Source: a bacterium (GTDB lineage Bacteria; Patescibacteriota; Minisyncoccia; 2-02-FULL-40-12; IGHO2-01-FULL-4-A). Taken from it: a DNA stretch of 64,000 bases. The stretch spans positions 7,346 to 71,345 of the forward strand of contig JAUYLN010000020.1 in the NCBI GenBank assembly GCA_030698885.1, written 5' to 3'. Positions within the stretch are counted from its first letter, which is position 1. Each line of letters starts with the position of its first letter. This document shows, piece after piece, positions 10,340 through 19,507 of this stretch. The notes beneath the pieces are model-generated. The model worked only from the letters and a program-made list of their open reading frames with translations, was not told the DNA's origin and ran no database searches. A program made the translations under genes and the position numbers.

Positions 10340-10996
10340 ATGAAGACAGATTTATACAATCAATCAGGAGAGGTGATAGGCGATGTCGAATTGCCCGACA
10401 AATTTTTTGGCGTTAAAGTTAATAACAACTTGGTGCATGAGGCTGTTGTAGCTCAGATGGCAAACAGGAGACAGGTTCTTGCCCACACTAAAGACAGAGG
10501 AGAGGTCAGGGGCGGAGGTATTAAACCTTGGAGACAAAAAGGTACAGGCAGGGCCAGGCACGGCTCCATCAGATCCCCAATCTGGGCTCATGGCGGAGTA
10601 GCTTTTGGACCGACCAAGAACAGGAATTTTTCCAAAAAAATAAATAAAAGGGCAAGGCAGGCTGCTGTGTTTATGGTGCTTTCTTCAAAATTGAAAAGTG
10701 AACACTTTATGGTTGTTGACCAGATAAAGCTAAACGAGGTTAAAACTAAGGAAGCAAATAACGTTTTATCTGTAATATCTGATAAATTTAAAAATTATAA
10801 AAAATCAAAAATTAAAAAGGACCCGGTGTTGATAGTGATGGCCGCCAAGAATCCGGAACTGCAGAGAACGTTTAGGAATCTGCCTTTTGTGGATGTTATG
10901 GGCGTTGATAGCTTGAATGTGGTAGATTTGCTAAAAAATAAGTATTTGTTAATGATGAAAGATTCAATTCAGGTGATGGAGAAACATTACAAGTAA
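10340..10996 (+). CDS. rplD: 50S ribosomal protein L4
   Basis: KPWRQKGTGRARHGS. Confidence 0.98.
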   Translation: MKTDLYNQSGEVIGDVELPDKFFGVKVNNNLVHEAVVAQMANRRQVLAHTKDRGEVRGGGIKPWRQKGTGRARHGSIRSPIWAHGGVAFGPTKNRNFSKKINKRARQAAVFMVLSSKLKSEHFMVVDQIKLNEVKTKEANNVLSVISDKFKNYKKSKIKKDPVLIVMAAKNPELQRTFRNLPFVDVMGVDSLNVVDLLKNKYLLMMKDSIQVMEKHYK

Positions 10997-11077
10997 TCTA
11001 CCAATTACTAATAAAATCACTAATATACTAACAGGAAATAGATTGGTAAATTCGTATCCAATTCGTAATTAGTAGAT
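10996..11077. repeat. Family-A junction hairpin (rplD/rplW)
   Basis: ATCTAC...GTAGAT. Confidence 0.9.
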
Positions 11078-11080
11078 AAT

Positions 11081-11485
11081 ATGGGATTATTCAATAAAAA
11101 ATCTAAAAAAGAGGAAGAAGAAAAGCCGGAAAAAGCTACTGAAGTTATGCCGGAAGAAAAACAAGCCGAGCCCGGGGATGTGAAAGTGGTACTGCCGAAA
11201 GGCAAGAGTGCCAGCTCTTATAGTGTAATTTCAAACCCCTATGTTACGGAGAAATCTAGCATGCTTGCGCAGTTTAATCAGTACGTTTTTAAAGTTTCAA
11301 AAAATTCAAACAAAAAGGGAATCAAAGATTCAGTAGAAAAGCTTTATAACGTTAAAGTAGAAGATGTCAGAGTTGTTAATTTGCCCTCCAAGACAAGAAG
11401 AATAGGCAGGACGTTGGGCGTTAAAGCCGGTTATAAAAAGGCTATAGTTAGCCTAAGAGAGGGTGATAAAATTGAAGTCGTATAA
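11081..11485 (+). CDS. rplW: 50S ribosomal protein L23 with charged N-terminal extension
   Basis: PYVTEKS, YVFKV, YKKAIVSL; about 45 extra N-terminal residues. Confidence 0.95.
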   Translation: MGLFNKKSKKEEEEKPEKATEVMPEEKQAEPGDVKVVLPKGKSASSYSVISNPYVTEKSSMLAQFNQYVFKVSKNSNKKGIKDSVEKLYNVKVEDVRVVNLPSKTRRIGRTLGVKAGYKKAIVSLREGDKIEVV

Positions 11486-11601
11486 ATCTACCAATTACTA
11501 ATTTTATACTAATATACCAATAGAATTTATTAGTATATTAGTGATTTAATTCGTAATTCGTAGATTAAGTATATTAGTGACTTTATTAGTAATTAGTAGA
11601 T
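11486..11601. repeat. Family-A junction hairpin with duplicated right arm (rplW/rplB)
   Basis: GTAGAT ends at 11565 and again at 11601. Confidence 0.9.
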
Positions 11602-11604
11602 AAC

Positions 11605-12444
11605 ATGGCAAAACATTACAAACCATATACAGCATCAAGAAGGCACATGACGGGTTATGATTTTTCAGGCCTGTCAAAAGTAGAGCCGTTAAAAAAATTA
11701 ACAGCCGGTTTTAAGCGTTCAGTAGGCAGGAACAATCAGGGTAGAATTACTACCAGGCATAAGGGTGGAGGAGTAAAAAGACTTTATAGGGCAGTAGACT
11801 TTAATCAAAACAAACTAAATATTTTGGCAAAAGTTGCGACCATTGAGTATGACCCGAATCGTTCAGCCCGTATCGCCAGACTTCATTATGCTGATGGAGA
11901 AAAAAGATATATTCTTGCACCGGATAATTTGAAAGTAGGAGATGCCGTTGTTGTAGGCGAGAAGACTGCTATAAAAATAGGTAACAGGATGAAGCTGAAG
12001 AATATTCTCCAGGGAACGATGGTCCATAATATTGAGATAAGTCCCGGCAGGGGCGGGCAACTGGCCAAATCAGCCGGAGCCGGTGCTATGGTTATGGCCA
12101 AAGAAGGCAATCATGTTCAAATACAATTACCGTCAGGAGAATTAAGAATGTTTAATGGTGAAGCGATGGCTTCCGTGGGTCAGTTATCAAATATTGAGCA
12201 CAATACGATTGTTATAGGAAAGGCAGGGCGTTCCAGGTGGATGGGCAGAAGGCCGGCGGTCCGTGGCAGTGCCATGAATCCGGTGGACCATCCACATGGT
12301 GGAGGAGAGGGCAGACAGGGCATCGGACTTAAGTATCCGAAGACGCCGTGGGGCAAGCATGCATTGGGAGTTAAGACCAGAGATAAAAAGAAGAAGAGCA
12401 GTAAATTTATAATAAGAAGAAGAAAGAAGAAGGCGAGGAAATAA
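11605..12444 (+). CDS. rplB: 50S ribosomal protein L2
   Basis: [31 protein letters not shown]. Confidence 0.99.
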   Translation: MAKHYKPYTASRRHMTGYDFSGLSKVEPLKKLTAGFKRSVGRNNQGRITTRHKGGGVKRLYRAVDFNQNKLNILAKVATIEYDPNRSARIARLHYADGEKRYILAPDNLKVGDAVVVGEKTAIKIGNRMKLKNILQGTMVHNIEISPGRGGQLAKSAGAGAMVMAKEGNHVQIQLPSGELRMFNGEAMASVGQLSNIEHNTIVIGKAGRSRWMGRRPAVRGSAMNPVDHPHGGGEGRQGIGLKYPKTPWGKHALGVKTRDKKKKSSKFIIRRRKKKARK

Positions 12445-12452
12445 TAAGTATT

Positions 12453-12559
12453 ATCAGGCAGTAAGCTTTTTTCGGGTACGACATATTCGCCTGCTGGCGA
12501 ATTGTCTGGATCTCGCACCGTCGTGCTGCGATACACCCTAAAAAAGCCTACTGCCTGAT
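12453..12559. repeat. Long palindromic element; core shared with 41796-41898
   Basis: atcaggcagtaagctttttt...aaaaaagcctactgcctgat enclosing ggtacgaca-ttcgcctgctggcgaa-ttgtct. Confidence 0.7.
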
Positions 12560-12727
12560 GGAAGTTTAACAATTTACTTAAGAGGAAAGAGTGGTAATGG
12601 AATAAGGTAGATGTAATTGTAAATACAATTACATCCCGCTATTATTCGTAGATTCCTGCCTGCCGGCAGGCAGGCGAATGCCATTTGTATATTGGCATCG
12701 CGTAGCGAGCAAAGCGAGCGAAAAAAA

Positions 12728-12976
12728 TCAGACCCGTGGGGCCTGATTACAGTAAGCTTTAAAAATTTTGATCAAAGATAAGACAATGACGATTCCTAAA
12801 AACATCTTAATGGCGCCGAGATTGAACCAAAATAGATCCACGTCGCAATACCATACTTTGGCCAGCCCATTATCGGTTTGGCATATGTTTTCCATAATAG
12901 TACGGAAGAGATTTTCAAATTTAAAATATAAAAATATACATACAGCAAAGATTATCAATGGTAGTCTCATTATCAT
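12728..12976 (-). CDS. Small two-TM protein antisense within the S10 operon (cassette 1)
   Basis: 82 aa from ATG 12976; GGGAG SD; TTGACA-16-TAGAAT promoter at 13036-13009; flanks shared with cassette 2. Confidence 0.6.
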   Translation of the reverse strand: MIMRLPLIIFAVCIFLYFKFENLFRTIMENICQTDNGLAKVWYCDVDLFWFNLGAIKMFLGIVIVLSLIKIFKAYCNQAPRV

Positions 12977-13044
12977 TCTCCCAGTTGTCAAAAATCAAAA
13001 CTGATGATATTCTATCACGACTAAGCTATGTGTCAAATTAGTGT

Positions 13045-13107
13045 TTTGGTCATTGGGATTTGGAGCTTATTTAGGAATTAGAAATTAGGATTTAGAAATT
13101 AGAAATT
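13045..13107. repeat. TTAGAAA/TTAGGAT heptamer repeat arm
   Basis: ttaggaa ttagaaa ttaggat ttagaaa ttagaaa; same family at 45945-46062. Confidence 0.75.
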
Positions 13108-13168
13108 CAAAGTTTTATTAAATAAGAATTGATAAATATATAAAAAACAGATATTAAACTAAACTAAC

Positions 13169-13513
13169 ATGAGCAGATCACTAAAGAAGGGTCCTTTCGT
13201 GGATCCGAAATTACTGAAAAAAATAGGCAAGTTAAGAGCCGGCGACAAGACGGTTATTAAAACGTGGTCGCGTGCGTCAACGATAACGCCTGAAATGGTG
13301 GGCTTTACCTTTGGCGTGCACAACGGCAGAATACATTTACCGGTATTTGTGACCGAAGATATGGTCGGCCATAAGCTTGGCGAATTTTCTTTAACAAGAA
13401 AATTCGTAAGGCATGGTGGCAAGATGCAGAAAGAAATAGAAATCGCAGCCAAGCAGAAAGAGATAGATGCCGCCAAAGCTGCCAAAGTTGAGCCGGAGGC
13501 ACCTAAGAAGTAA
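13169..13513 (+). CDS. rpsS: 30S ribosomal protein S19
   Basis: [24 protein letters not shown]. Confidence 0.98.
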   Translation: MSRSLKKGPFVDPKLLKKIGKLRAGDKTVIKTWSRASTITPEMVGFTFGVHNGRIHLPVFVTEDMVGHKLGEFSLTRKFVRHGGKMQKEIEIAAKQKEIDAAKAAKVEPEAPKK

Positions 13514-13594
13514 TCTACCAATTACGAATTACATAACTAATATACGAATAATAAATAGATTAGTATATTAGTGATTTTATTCGTAATTAGTAGA
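13513..13594. repeat. Family-A junction hairpin (rpsS/rplV)
   Basis: ATCTAC...GTAGA. Confidence 0.9.
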
Positions 13595-13599
13595 AATTT

Positions 13600-14118
13600 A
13601 TGGAAGTCAAAGCAAGCTTAAACAATTTAAGAATAAATCCCAGAAAAGTAAGATTGGTGGCTAACCTCATAAGAGGGTTAGATTTTGAGCAGGCAAAAAA
13701 CCAGCTTAACTTTATGATAAAAAGATCATCAAGTCCTATCTCTAAACTTCTTGATTCCGCGGCCGCTAATGCTGAAAATAATTTTAATTTAATCAGGAGT
13801 AATCTTTATATAAAGGAAATAACCGTTAATGAGGGCCGTAAGCTTAAAAGATTTAAAGCTAAGGGATTCGGACGGGCAATGCCAATACAGAAAAAAACTT
13901 CGCATATAAATGTTGTATTTGATGAAAGGGTGCCCGGACTTAAGCAGGAAGTAAGAAGCAAAAAAGAGGAGCAAAAGAGCGAAGAAGCCATGGACCACAA
14001 TCATGAGCACAAAGAAGAACCGAAATTCAAGAAAGAGATTAAAACTGAATCAAGGCAAAAGCAGAGCGATTTATTCGGAGGATTAAAGAAGAGAATGTTT
14101 AGAAGAAAAAGCATTTAA
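13600..14118 (+). CDS. rplV: 50S ribosomal protein L22 with C-terminal extension
   Basis: PRKVRLVA, SAAANAENN, KKTSHI. Confidence 0.97.
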   Translation: MEVKASLNNLRINPRKVRLVANLIRGLDFEQAKNQLNFMIKRSSSPISKLLDSAAANAENNFNLIRSNLYIKEITVNEGRKLKRFKAKGFGRAMPIQKKTSHINVVFDERVPGLKQEVRSKKEEQKSEEAMDHNHEHKEEPKFKKEIKTESRQKQSDLFGGLKKRMFRRKSI

Positions 14119-14200
14119 TCTACCAATTACTAATTTTATACGAATATACCTATGAAAGGCTTGATTAGTATATTAGTGATTTAATTCGTAATTAGTAGAT
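14118..14200. repeat. Family-A junction hairpin (rplV/rpsC)
   Basis: ATCTAC...GTAGAT. Confidence 0.9.
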
Positions 14201-14203
14201 AAC

Positions 14204-14830
14204 ATGGGACAAAAAATATCACCAACATCATTAAGGATAGGAATTAGCAAGGACTGGTTGTCCAAGTGGTTTGGCGGCCGCAGATATAAGGAGTTGCTTG
14301 CCGAAGATTTTAAAGTCAGAACGATGTTGGCTAAAAAATTAAAGAGCATGAGTGTTGACAGGGTAGAGATAGAAAGAAGCCCCGATACGTATGCTGTCAC
14401 AGTCTATACTGCCAGGCCGGGACTTATTATAGGAAGAAGCGGAACAGGCGTGGAAGATGTAAAAGAGCAGATTAAAAAGATACTTAGCCGTAAAACTAAC
14501 GTAAGATTAGATATCCAAGAATATAAAAACCCTGAAACCTCTGCCAAAATAATGGCAGAATCAATGTCGGAACAGATTGAAAGAAGACTTCCATTCAGAA
14601 GAATTATGAAGCAAACTTTAATAAAAATAGTAGCGAGCAGAGACGTTAAGGGAGCAAAGATACAGATGTCGGGAAGATTGAATGGCGCCGAAATTGCAAG
14701 AACGGAACATTTGGAGCAGGGTAGTTTGCCTTTACAGACTTTGCGGGCAGATGTTGATTATGCCAGGGTAACGGCTCACACCACTTATGGAACGATAGGC
14801 ATAAAAGTCTGGATATACCGGGTCTACTAA
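14204..14830 (+). CDS. rpsC: 30S ribosomal protein S3
   Basis: MGQKISP, ARPGLIIG, GRLNGAEIAR, PLQTLRADVDY. Confidence 0.98.
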   Translation: MGQKISPTSLRIGISKDWLSKWFGGRRYKELLAEDFKVRTMLAKKLKSMSVDRVEIERSPDTYAVTVYTARPGLIIGRSGTGVEDVKEQIKKILSRKTNVRLDIQEYKNPETSAKIMAESMSEQIERRLPFRRIMKQTLIKIVASRDVKGAKIQMSGRLNGAEIARTEHLEQGSLPLQTLRADVDYARVTAHTTYGTIGIKVWIYRVY

Positions 14831-14897
14831 TTACTAATTTGATACGAATATACTAATCTATTTTTTTATTAGTATATTAGTGATTTTATTCGTAGAT
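14822..14897. repeat. Family-A junction hairpin (rpsC/rplP); supplies the last codons and stop of rpsC
   Basis: GTC TAC TAA is the element's left end. Confidence 0.88.
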
Positions 14898-14898
14898 T

Positions 14899-15303
14899 AT
14901 GTTACAACCGAAAAGAATAAAACATAGAAAAGTACACAAGAGAAGGATGCATACCGTCGCGAGAAGGGGCAGTTATTTGAGCTTTGGCAATTTCGGGTTA
15001 AAGGCTACTGAGCCGGCTTATATAAAATCATCCCAGATAGAGTCAGCAAGAAGAGCCATAGCCAAATCAATAAAACGCGGAGGTAAGGTATGGATAAGAA
15101 TATTTCCGGATAAACCGTTTACGGCCAAGGGCGCGGAAGTAGGCATGGGTGCCGGAGCCGGAAGTTTATCTCATTTCGTTGCGCCGATAGAAGCCGGAAG
15201 AATAGTATTTGAAATGGCCGGTGTTACGGAAGATGTTGCCAAGGAGGCATTGAGGTTGGCAGGACATAAACTGCCGGTGAAGACGAGGTTTATTAAAAAA
15301 TAG
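14899..15303 (+). CDS. rplP: 50S ribosomal protein L16
   Basis: [21 protein letters not shown]. Confidence 0.98.
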   Translation: MLQPKRIKHRKVHKRRMHTVARRGSYLSFGNFGLKATEPAYIKSSQIESARRAIAKSIKRGGKVWIRIFPDKPFTAKGAEVGMGAGAGSLSHFVAPIEAGRIVFEMAGVTEDVAKEALRLAGHKLPVKTRFIKK

Positions 15304-15424
15304 TCGCTCCGACCTATCTGGCTTTTGTTTGGGTCATGCGAATCAGGAAAAATAAGAAGAAGGTAATAAAAATCAGGCCGGTGGGGCCTGATTATAACAA
15401 GCTAGTTAGTTATGAATTTTCGGA

Positions 15425-15655
15425 TTATAGCTTTTTTCTCACGAATAAATATAGGAGGGTCATTATCACCATAGTTGAAAGATCAATAGCTAATACTTCA
15501 TTTGTATTTAGGTCACCATGGCCTATCCCATATCCGAATAGGCTGAAAACATCGAAATTATTTAAATTGGAATTAAATATATAGCAGTTTATGGTATGAA
15601 ATAATAAAAGTGTGGCCACTAAAAGAAATGATGTATCAAGATGTATCTTGGCCAT
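15425..15655 (-). CDS. Small two-TM protein antisense within the S10 operon (cassette 2)
   Basis: 76 aa from ATG 15655; GGGGAGG SD; upstream 43 bp is 37/43 identical to cassette 1; shared terminator at 15368-15396. Confidence 0.6.
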   Translation of the reverse strand: MAKIHLDTSFLLVATLLLFHTINCYIFNSNLNNFDVFSLFGYGIGHGDLNTNEVLAIDLSTMVIMTLLYLFVRKKL

Positions 15656-15717
15656 ACAAACCTCCCCAGTTGTCAAAAATTAAAACTAATGCTATAGTAT
15701 CACAACTATGAAAAGTC

Positions 15718-15795
15718 ATAAAGCTCTAAGGCCGTATAGCTATAAAGCTTAAAAAAGCTCTATGGCTCTACAGCTTTATGGCTTTAAGACCATAA
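15718..15795. repeat. TAAAGCYN/GCTYTA octamer inverted repeat family (before rpmC)
   Basis: taaagctc taaggccg tatagcta taaagctt ... aagctcta tggctcta cagcttta tggcttta. Confidence 0.75.
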
Positions 15796-15799
15796 AAAT

Positions 15800-15985
15800 A
15801 TGAAGTACAGTGAATTACAAAATAAGGGTGCAGAAGAGTTAAATAAAATGCTGGAAGAGCTGAAGATTAAGCTTGGAGAAATGAAGTTTCAGGTTGCCAG
15901 CAATGCCCTCAAAAATACCAACGAAATGGGCGCTGTAAAAAAAGATATTGCCCGAATTTTAACTATAATGCAGCAAACCGAATAA
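15800..15985 (+). CDS. rpmC: 50S ribosomal protein L29
   Basis: 61 aa, KKDIARILT, operon position. Confidence 0.95.
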   Translation: MKYSELQNKGAEELNKMLEELKIKLGEMKFQVASNALKNTNEMGAVKKDIARILTIMQQTE

Positions 15986-15986
15986 T

Positions 15987-16235
15987 ATGGAAAATCAAAA
16001 TAAAAAAAATAGGGTTTTGAAGGGTGTAGTAGTATCGGATAAGATGCAGAAGACTGCCGTTGTTGAGGTCTCAAGACTTATTAAGCATCCGAAATACAAA
16101 AAATATCATAAGGTCAGTAAAAGATTTAAGGCTCAAAATGATGACAATAAATATAAGACGGGAGAGAGGGTGTTAATTCAGGAAACAAGACCGATATCTA
16201 AAGATAAAAGATGGATTGTTATTGCTAAGCAATAA
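15987..16235 (+). CDS. rpsQ: 30S ribosomal protein S17
   Basis: [28 protein letters not shown]. Confidence 0.98.
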   Translation: MENQNKKNRVLKGVVVSDKMQKTAVVEVSRLIKHPKYKKYHKVSKRFKAQNDDNKYKTGERVLIQETRPISKDKRWIVIAKQ

Positions 16236-16304
16236 AGCGGTAGCCCTAAAGCCGTAAGCCGTAAAGCTTTAAAGCTCTATGGCCATATGGCTCTATGGCT
16301 TTAT
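16233..16304. repeat. Octamer inverted repeat family (rpsQ/rplN)
   Basis: taaagccg taagccg taaagctt ... tatggcca tatggctc tatggctt. Confidence 0.75.
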
Positions 16305-16307
16305 ATC

Positions 16308-16673
16308 TTGATTCAGTTAAGAAGTATAGTAAATGTAGCTGATAATAGCGGAGCCAAAAGAGTTGGCGTTTTTAAGGTTTTAGGAGGTTCCAGAAAAAGA
16401 TATGCCAGAATAGGTGATATTGTGGTTGTGTCAGTAAAAGAAGCTGAGCCAGGAAAACAGGTTAAGAAAAAAGAAGTGGTTAAGGCCGTGGTTGTCAGAC
16501 AGAGAAGTAATTTCAGGAGAAAAGACGGAAGCTATATCAGATTTGATGAGAATGCGGTTGTTATATTGGACGGAATGAATCCCAAGGGTGGACGTGTTTT
16601 CGGTCCGATACCAAGAGAAATAAAAGAGAAAGGTTTTGATCAGATTGCAAGCTTAGCCCAGGAAATAATATAA
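16308..16673 (+). CDS. rplN: 50S ribosomal protein L14 (TTG start)
   Basis: [29 protein letters not shown]. Confidence 0.97.
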   Translation: MIQLRSIVNVADNSGAKRVGVFKVLGGSRKRYARIGDIVVVSVKEAEPGKQVKKKEVVKAVVVRQRSNFRRKDGSYIRFDENAVVILDGMNPKGGRVFGPIPREIKEKGFDQIASLAQEII

Positions 16674-16763
16674 ATCTACCAATTACGAATTAGATACTAA
16701 TATACAAACAAGAAATAAAGAAATAGATTGGTATATTGGTGACCTGATTAGTAATTAGTAGGT
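16674..16763. repeat. Family-A junction hairpin (rplN/rplX)
   Basis: ATCTAC...GTAGGT. Confidence 0.9.
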
Positions 16764-16766
16764 AAT

Positions 16767-17072
16767 ATGAATATAAGAAAAGGCGACAATGTAATAATGA
16801 GAGGCGGAAAAGACCGAAGAAAGACCGGAAAAGTTTTGGCTGTACTGACAAAAGAAAACAGGGTAGTTATAGAAGGGCTTAATACTGTAAAGAGACATCT
16901 TAAAGCAAGGAAGCAAGGCCAGAAGGGGCAGGTAATAAATAAAGAGAGAGCGGTACCTCTATCTACGGTGCAGCTTGTTTGCAGTAAATGCGGTAAGCGG
17001 ACAAGGGTGGGGATTCAAGTAAGCGGGGACAAGAAGATAAGAGTTTGTAAAAAATGCGGAGGAGAAATTTAG
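16767..17072 (+). CDS. rplX: 50S ribosomal protein L24
   Basis: KOW motif RKGDNVIMRGGKD..KTGKV. Confidence 0.97.
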   Translation: MNIRKGDNVIMRGGKDRRKTGKVLAVLTKENRVVIEGLNTVKRHLKARKQGQKGQVINKERAVPLSTVQLVCSKCGKRTRVGIQVSGDKKIRVCKKCGGEI

Positions 17073-17153
17073 GTTTACCAATTACGAATTAGATACTAAT
17101 ATACGAATCGGAGTTCATTGGTATATTGGTGACCTGATTAGTAATTAGTAGAT
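17073..17153. repeat. Family-A junction hairpin (rplX/rplE)
   Basis: GTTTAC...GTAGAT; right arm nearly identical to the previous copy. Confidence 0.9.
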
Positions 17154-17157
17154 GACC

Positions 17158-17709
17158 ATGAAAGAACCAAGATTACTAACTAAATATAGAAAAGAAGTAG
17201 CCCCTGCAATGCAGGCTAAGTTTAGCTATAAAAGTGTTATGGCCATACCAAAGATAGAAAAAATAATCCTTAATGTAGGTACGGGCAAGGCTGCAGTCGC
17301 AAAAGAGCAAAAACTTATGGATAAGATTGAGCAAGATTTGACCAAGATAACCGGTCAGAAGCCCTCAGTTAGAAAATCCAAAAAATCTATTTCCGGATTC
17401 AAGGTTCGTGAAGGAATGGATGTCGGCAAGATGGTTACCTTGCGTGGCAGAAGAATGTATGATTTTATGGACAGGTTGATATCTGTAGCCCTTCCAAGGT
17501 CAAGGGATTTTCACGGCCTGGATGCAAAGTCTTTTGATAAAAGTGGTAATTTTAATATGGGCATAAAAGAACAAAATATTTTTCCGGAAGTTGCCTATGA
17601 ATCATTGAAGGATATATTTGGTTTGCAGATAACAGTTACAACTACAGCAAAGAATAAAGAAGAAGGCAGGGAGCTGTTGAGCCTAATAGGTTTTCCAATA
17701 AAAAACTAA
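17158..17709 (+). CDS. rplE: 50S ribosomal protein L5
   Basis: ITGQKP, FKVREG, VTLRG, ALPRSRDF. Confidence 0.98.
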   Translation: MKEPRLLTKYRKEVAPAMQAKFSYKSVMAIPKIEKIILNVGTGKAAVAKEQKLMDKIEQDLTKITGQKPSVRKSKKSISGFKVREGMDVGKMVTLRGRRMYDFMDRLISVALPRSRDFHGLDAKSFDKSGNFNMGIKEQNIFPEVAYESLKDIFGLQITVTTTAKNKEEGRELLSLIGFPIKN

Positions 17710-17795
17710 TCTACTAATTACTAATAAAATCACTAATATACGAAATACGAATAAAAATCATTAGTATATTAGTATCTAATTCGTAATTGGTAGAT
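17709..17795. repeat. Family-A junction hairpin (rplE/rpsN)
   Basis: ATCTAC...GTAGAT. Confidence 0.9.
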
Positions 17796-17798
17796 GAT

Positions 17799-17984
17799 AT
17801 GCCGAAAAAATCAACAATTGCAAGGTCAAACAAGAAGCCAAAGTTTTCCAGCCGAACTGTTCTCAGGTGTTTTATATGCGGGCGTAAGCATGGCTTTATG
17901 AGAAAGTTTGGATTGTGCAGGATACATTTTAGAGAATTGGCCGGTGAGGGGTTACTTCCCGGAGTAAAGAAGTCGTCATGGTAA
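17799..17984 (+). CDS. rpsN: 30S ribosomal protein S14 (short, zinc-binding type)
   Basis: RCFICGR...[10 protein letters not shown]...PGVKKSSW. Confidence 0.97.
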   Translation: MPKKSTIARSNKKPKFSSRTVLRCFICGRKHGFMRKFGLCRIHFRELAGEGLLPGVKKSSW

Positions 17985-18055
17985 TCTACCAATTACCAAT
18001 AAAATCACTAATATACTAAATTAGTAAATTCGTACCAAATTCGTAATTAGTAGAT
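17984..18055. repeat. Family-A junction hairpin (rpsN/rpsH)
   Basis: Differs from the next copy by one base. Confidence 0.9.
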
Positions 18056-18061
18056 GATAAT

Positions 18062-18457
18062 ATGTATACATTAGGTAATATGCTAATACAATTAAAAAAT
18101 GCTCAATCCGTAGGACACGGGAGAGTTTTGGTGCCATTCTCCAAAATGAATTTGGCAGTGATAACCCTGCTTAAAGACGGCGGATTCATAGATGGTTTTG
18201 AAAAGAAAAAAAGAAAATTGAAAAAAAGCGAAGTTAATTTTATTGATGTTAAGCTAAATAGTGATGACGGTAAAAAAATAAATAATATAAAACTGGTATC
18301 AAAGCCTTCAAGAAGAATGTATATAGGTAAAAAAGAAATAAGACCCGTTATGGAAGGACATGGTATGCTTGTGGTTACTACGCCAAGAGGAGTTATTTCT
18401 GGAGAGGAAGCAAAAAAACAGGGAGTAGGCGGAGAGGCATTGTTTGAGGTCTGGTAA
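18062..18457 (+). CDS. rpsH: 30S ribosomal protein S8
   Basis: VSKPSRRMY, TPRGVI, GVGGE. Confidence 0.97.
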   Translation: MYTLGNMLIQLKNAQSVGHGRVLVPFSKMNLAVITLLKDGGFIDGFEKKKRKLKKSEVNFIDVKLNSDDGKKINNIKLVSKPSRRMYIGKKEIRPVMEGHGMLVVTTPRGVISGEEAKKQGVGGEALFEVW

Positions 18458-18527
18458 TCTACCAATTACCAATAAAATCACTAATATACTAATTAGTAAA
18501 TTCGTACCAAATTCGTAATTAGTAGAT
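18457..18527. repeat. Family-A junction hairpin (rpsH/rplF)
   Basis: ATCTAC...GTAGAT. Confidence 0.9.
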
Positions 18528-18532
18528 GATAC

Positions 18533-19078
18533 ATGAGCAGAATAGGTAAACAACCAATAAATATATCACAGGGAACAGAAGTCTTTATCGACGGCAGTTT
18601 GGTTCGGATAAAAGGACCCAAGGGAGAGCTTAGCATCAGTATCCCGCGACAGGCTACTGTTGAGAAAGATGATTCTGCCATTACCGTCAAAGTTAAGAAT
18701 AAAGAAGATAAAAAGCAAAGAGCAATTTGGGGACTGGTGCGTGCTCTACTGGCCAATATGGTTAAGGGAGTTAATGAGGGATTTGAAAAACAGCTGGAGT
18801 TTAGCGGAGTTGGCTTCAGGGCCGGCTTAAAAGGTCAAGACCTTGAGCTAAGCTTGGGGTTTTCTCATCCGGTTTTAATTAAGGCTCCGGCCGGCGTTGT
18901 TTTTAAAGTAGAGAAAAATACGATTACGGTTAGCGGTATAGATAAGCAGTTGGTTGGCCACGCCGCTGCCTTTATAAGGTCTAAGAAGCCGGTGGAACCA
19001 TATAAAGGAAAGGGCATTAAATATATCGGCGAGTATGTAAAAAGAAAAGCCGGCAAGAAAGCTGTAGCATCAGCATAA
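18533..19078 (+). CDS. rplF: 50S ribosomal protein L6
   Basis: MSRIGKQP, LGFSHP, EPYKGKGI. Confidence 0.98.
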   Translation: MSRIGKQPINISQGTEVFIDGSLVRIKGPKGELSISIPRQATVEKDDSAITVKVKNKEDKKQRAIWGLVRALLANMVKGVNEGFEKQLEFSGVGFRAGLKGQDLELSLGFSHPVLIKAPAGVVFKVEKNTITVSGIDKQLVGHAAAFIRSKKPVEPYKGKGIKYIGEYVKRKAGKKAVASA

Positions 19079-19093
19079 ACTAAAAATAATATT

Positions 19094-19441
19094 ATGAAAC
19101 CATCAAAGCAAAAAAATAGAGAAAGACGCCATACTCGAATCAGAGCTAAGATTAAGGGTACTTTAGAGATACCGAGGGTTTCAGTTTTTAGAAGCAATAA
19201 AAATATTTTTGTTCAGTTTATTGATGATAAGTCCGGTAAAACACTGGTAAGTAATATTGTTAAGTCTTCAGAAGGAAAGGGTACTAAAACAGAGAAAGCC
19301 GCTACAATAGGCGAAACATTAGCCCAAAAAGCAATTCAGGCCGGAATAAGCAAGGTCGTATTTGATAGGGGCGGGTTTAATTATCACGGCAGAGTGAGGG
19401 CACTGGCGGAGGGCTTAAGAAAGGGAGGGCTGAAATTCTAG
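19094..19441 (+). CDS. rplR: 50S ribosomal protein L18
   Basis: PRVSVFRSNK, VVFDRGGFNYHGRV. Confidence 0.98.
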   Translation: MKPSKQKNRERRHTRIRAKIKGTLEIPRVSVFRSNKNIFVQFIDDKSGKTLVSNIVKSSEGKGTKTEKAATIGETLAQKAIQAGISKVVFDRGGFNYHGRVRALAEGLRKGGLKF

Positions 19442-19443
19442 AA

Positions 19444-19507
19444 CTAAGCCATAGGCAATAAGTTGTACGATTTTCTTACAGCTTACAGCTTACAGCTTAC
19501 AGCTTTA
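19444..19507. repeat. CTTACAG heptamer repeat (rplR/rpsE)
   Basis: Four tandem CTTACAG preceded by a degenerate complementary arm; related units at 35072-35108. Confidence 0.75.
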
